This document shows, piece after piece, positions 60,845-64,000 of a stretch of 64,000 bases of DNA (positions are counted from its first letter, which is position 1; each line of letters starts with the position of its first letter). The notes beneath the pieces are model-generated. The model ran no database searches. It saw only the letters and a program-made list of their open reading frames with translations, and was not told the DNA's origin. The position numbers were made by a program, and so were the translations under genes. The stretch comes from the human T2T-CHM13v2.0 reference genome, Homo sapiens. The stretch lies in assembly GCF_009914755.1 (NCBI RefSeq), contig NC_060936.1, one strand, 5' to 3'.

Positions 60845-60990
60845 CACCAGCTGGATGATATGGGCAAGCCATTAAATCTCCCTGAGCTTTGCGTTTCTCA
60901 TGGGCAAAACTGAGATAATATCTATGTTACAGGATAGTTGTGAGAATAAATTTAGATGACATTTATACACAAGTATTTCTATCTAAAGTA
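60845..60990 (+). mobile_element. MIR SINE
   Basis: CACCAGCTGGATGATATGGGCAAGCCATTAAATCTCCCTGAGCTTTGCGTTTCTCA...GGATAGTTGTGAGAATAAAT. Confidence 0.75.
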
Positions 60991-61034
60991 GTCAGACTCT
61001 GCTCCCACTTTCCCATGATACCAATATCACAAAA

Positions 61035-61505
61035 CAGCAGGGGACCGTGCATTGATAGCCCATGTGCATCTAACTCCCAGCTCAGTGCACTGCACAGAAT
61101 CAGTGCTCAGTAAATGTTTGTTGAACAAATTGAATCAACATTTATATTAACCACTTGCAATGCAGCAAGGTACAGTTTCTCACTTCAAGAAACTCAGTTC
61201 TAAACAGAAGGAGAAGGACAAGTATGTAAAAAATGAAACAATGTAGAACATGAATGAGGAGTAAAGAAGATTCCTTGGAAAAGAACTCTGGGAGCCAAGT
61301 CTTAAAGAATGAGTGAGAGTAAGTAATGTAAAGAAAGGAAGGAAATTTGCATGTTCAAAGGCATGTGGACATGAGGGCTCTTTTAAGAAGCTCAGATGGC
61401 ATTGGGAGAAAAAAGTGCATAGTGAATGGAAATGGTGTGCAGGACCTTGAAAGCTGTGCTGAGGAATTGGGATTGCAGAAATAAGGTGTGGAATCGCTGA
61501 GGGAT
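61035..61505. mobile_element. Two L2 fragments tail to tail (+ at about 61035-61135, - at about 61125-61505)
   Basis: GTGCTCAGTAAATGTTTGTTGAA (+ tip), then AATCAACATTTATATTAACCAC...GCATGTTCAAAGGCATG (- body). Confidence 0.55.
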
Positions 61506-61507
61506 CA

Positions 61508-64000
<2,493 letters not shown>

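Overview
Primate (probably human) intronic or intergenic DNA. I can support no protein-coding gene, RNA gene or CRISPR array, and no new biological system. By eye well over half the window is interspersed repeat: nine Alu/FRAM elements; two L1s with both ends retained (an old L1MA10/L1MB1-like copy at 20616-29493 with its 16-bp TSD, and an L1PA12-14-like copy at 31218-38946); further L1 pieces, including a young L1PA at 61508-64000 with a 447-codon ORF2 remnant; many solo LTRs (MER4 x2, MER52, MLT1A0, MSTA, THE1, LTR16, MLT1); a Tigger3 and two MER103C DNA-transposon remnants; and numerous L2/MIR fragments. Most short ORFs in the supplied track are repeat-derived. The best non-routine signals are: (1) a perfect estrogen response element flanked by GATA, GC-box/G4 and FOXA motifs in unique DNA at about 15.45 kb, with a CRE/FOX/nuclear-receptor cluster at 14.25 kb; (2) several templated micro-rearrangements in and near the old L1 (a 47-bp fold-back later hit by an AluSp, a ~95-bp tandem duplication, a hairpin, and a 33-bp exact copy 1.56 kb away); (3) two microsatellites that arose inside Alu TSD copies; (4) a 25-bp-period AT VNTR between inverted Alus; (5) candidate + strand non-coding exons. 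Subfamily names come from remembered consensus sequences, and boundaries of old L2/MIR/MLT elements are approximate.
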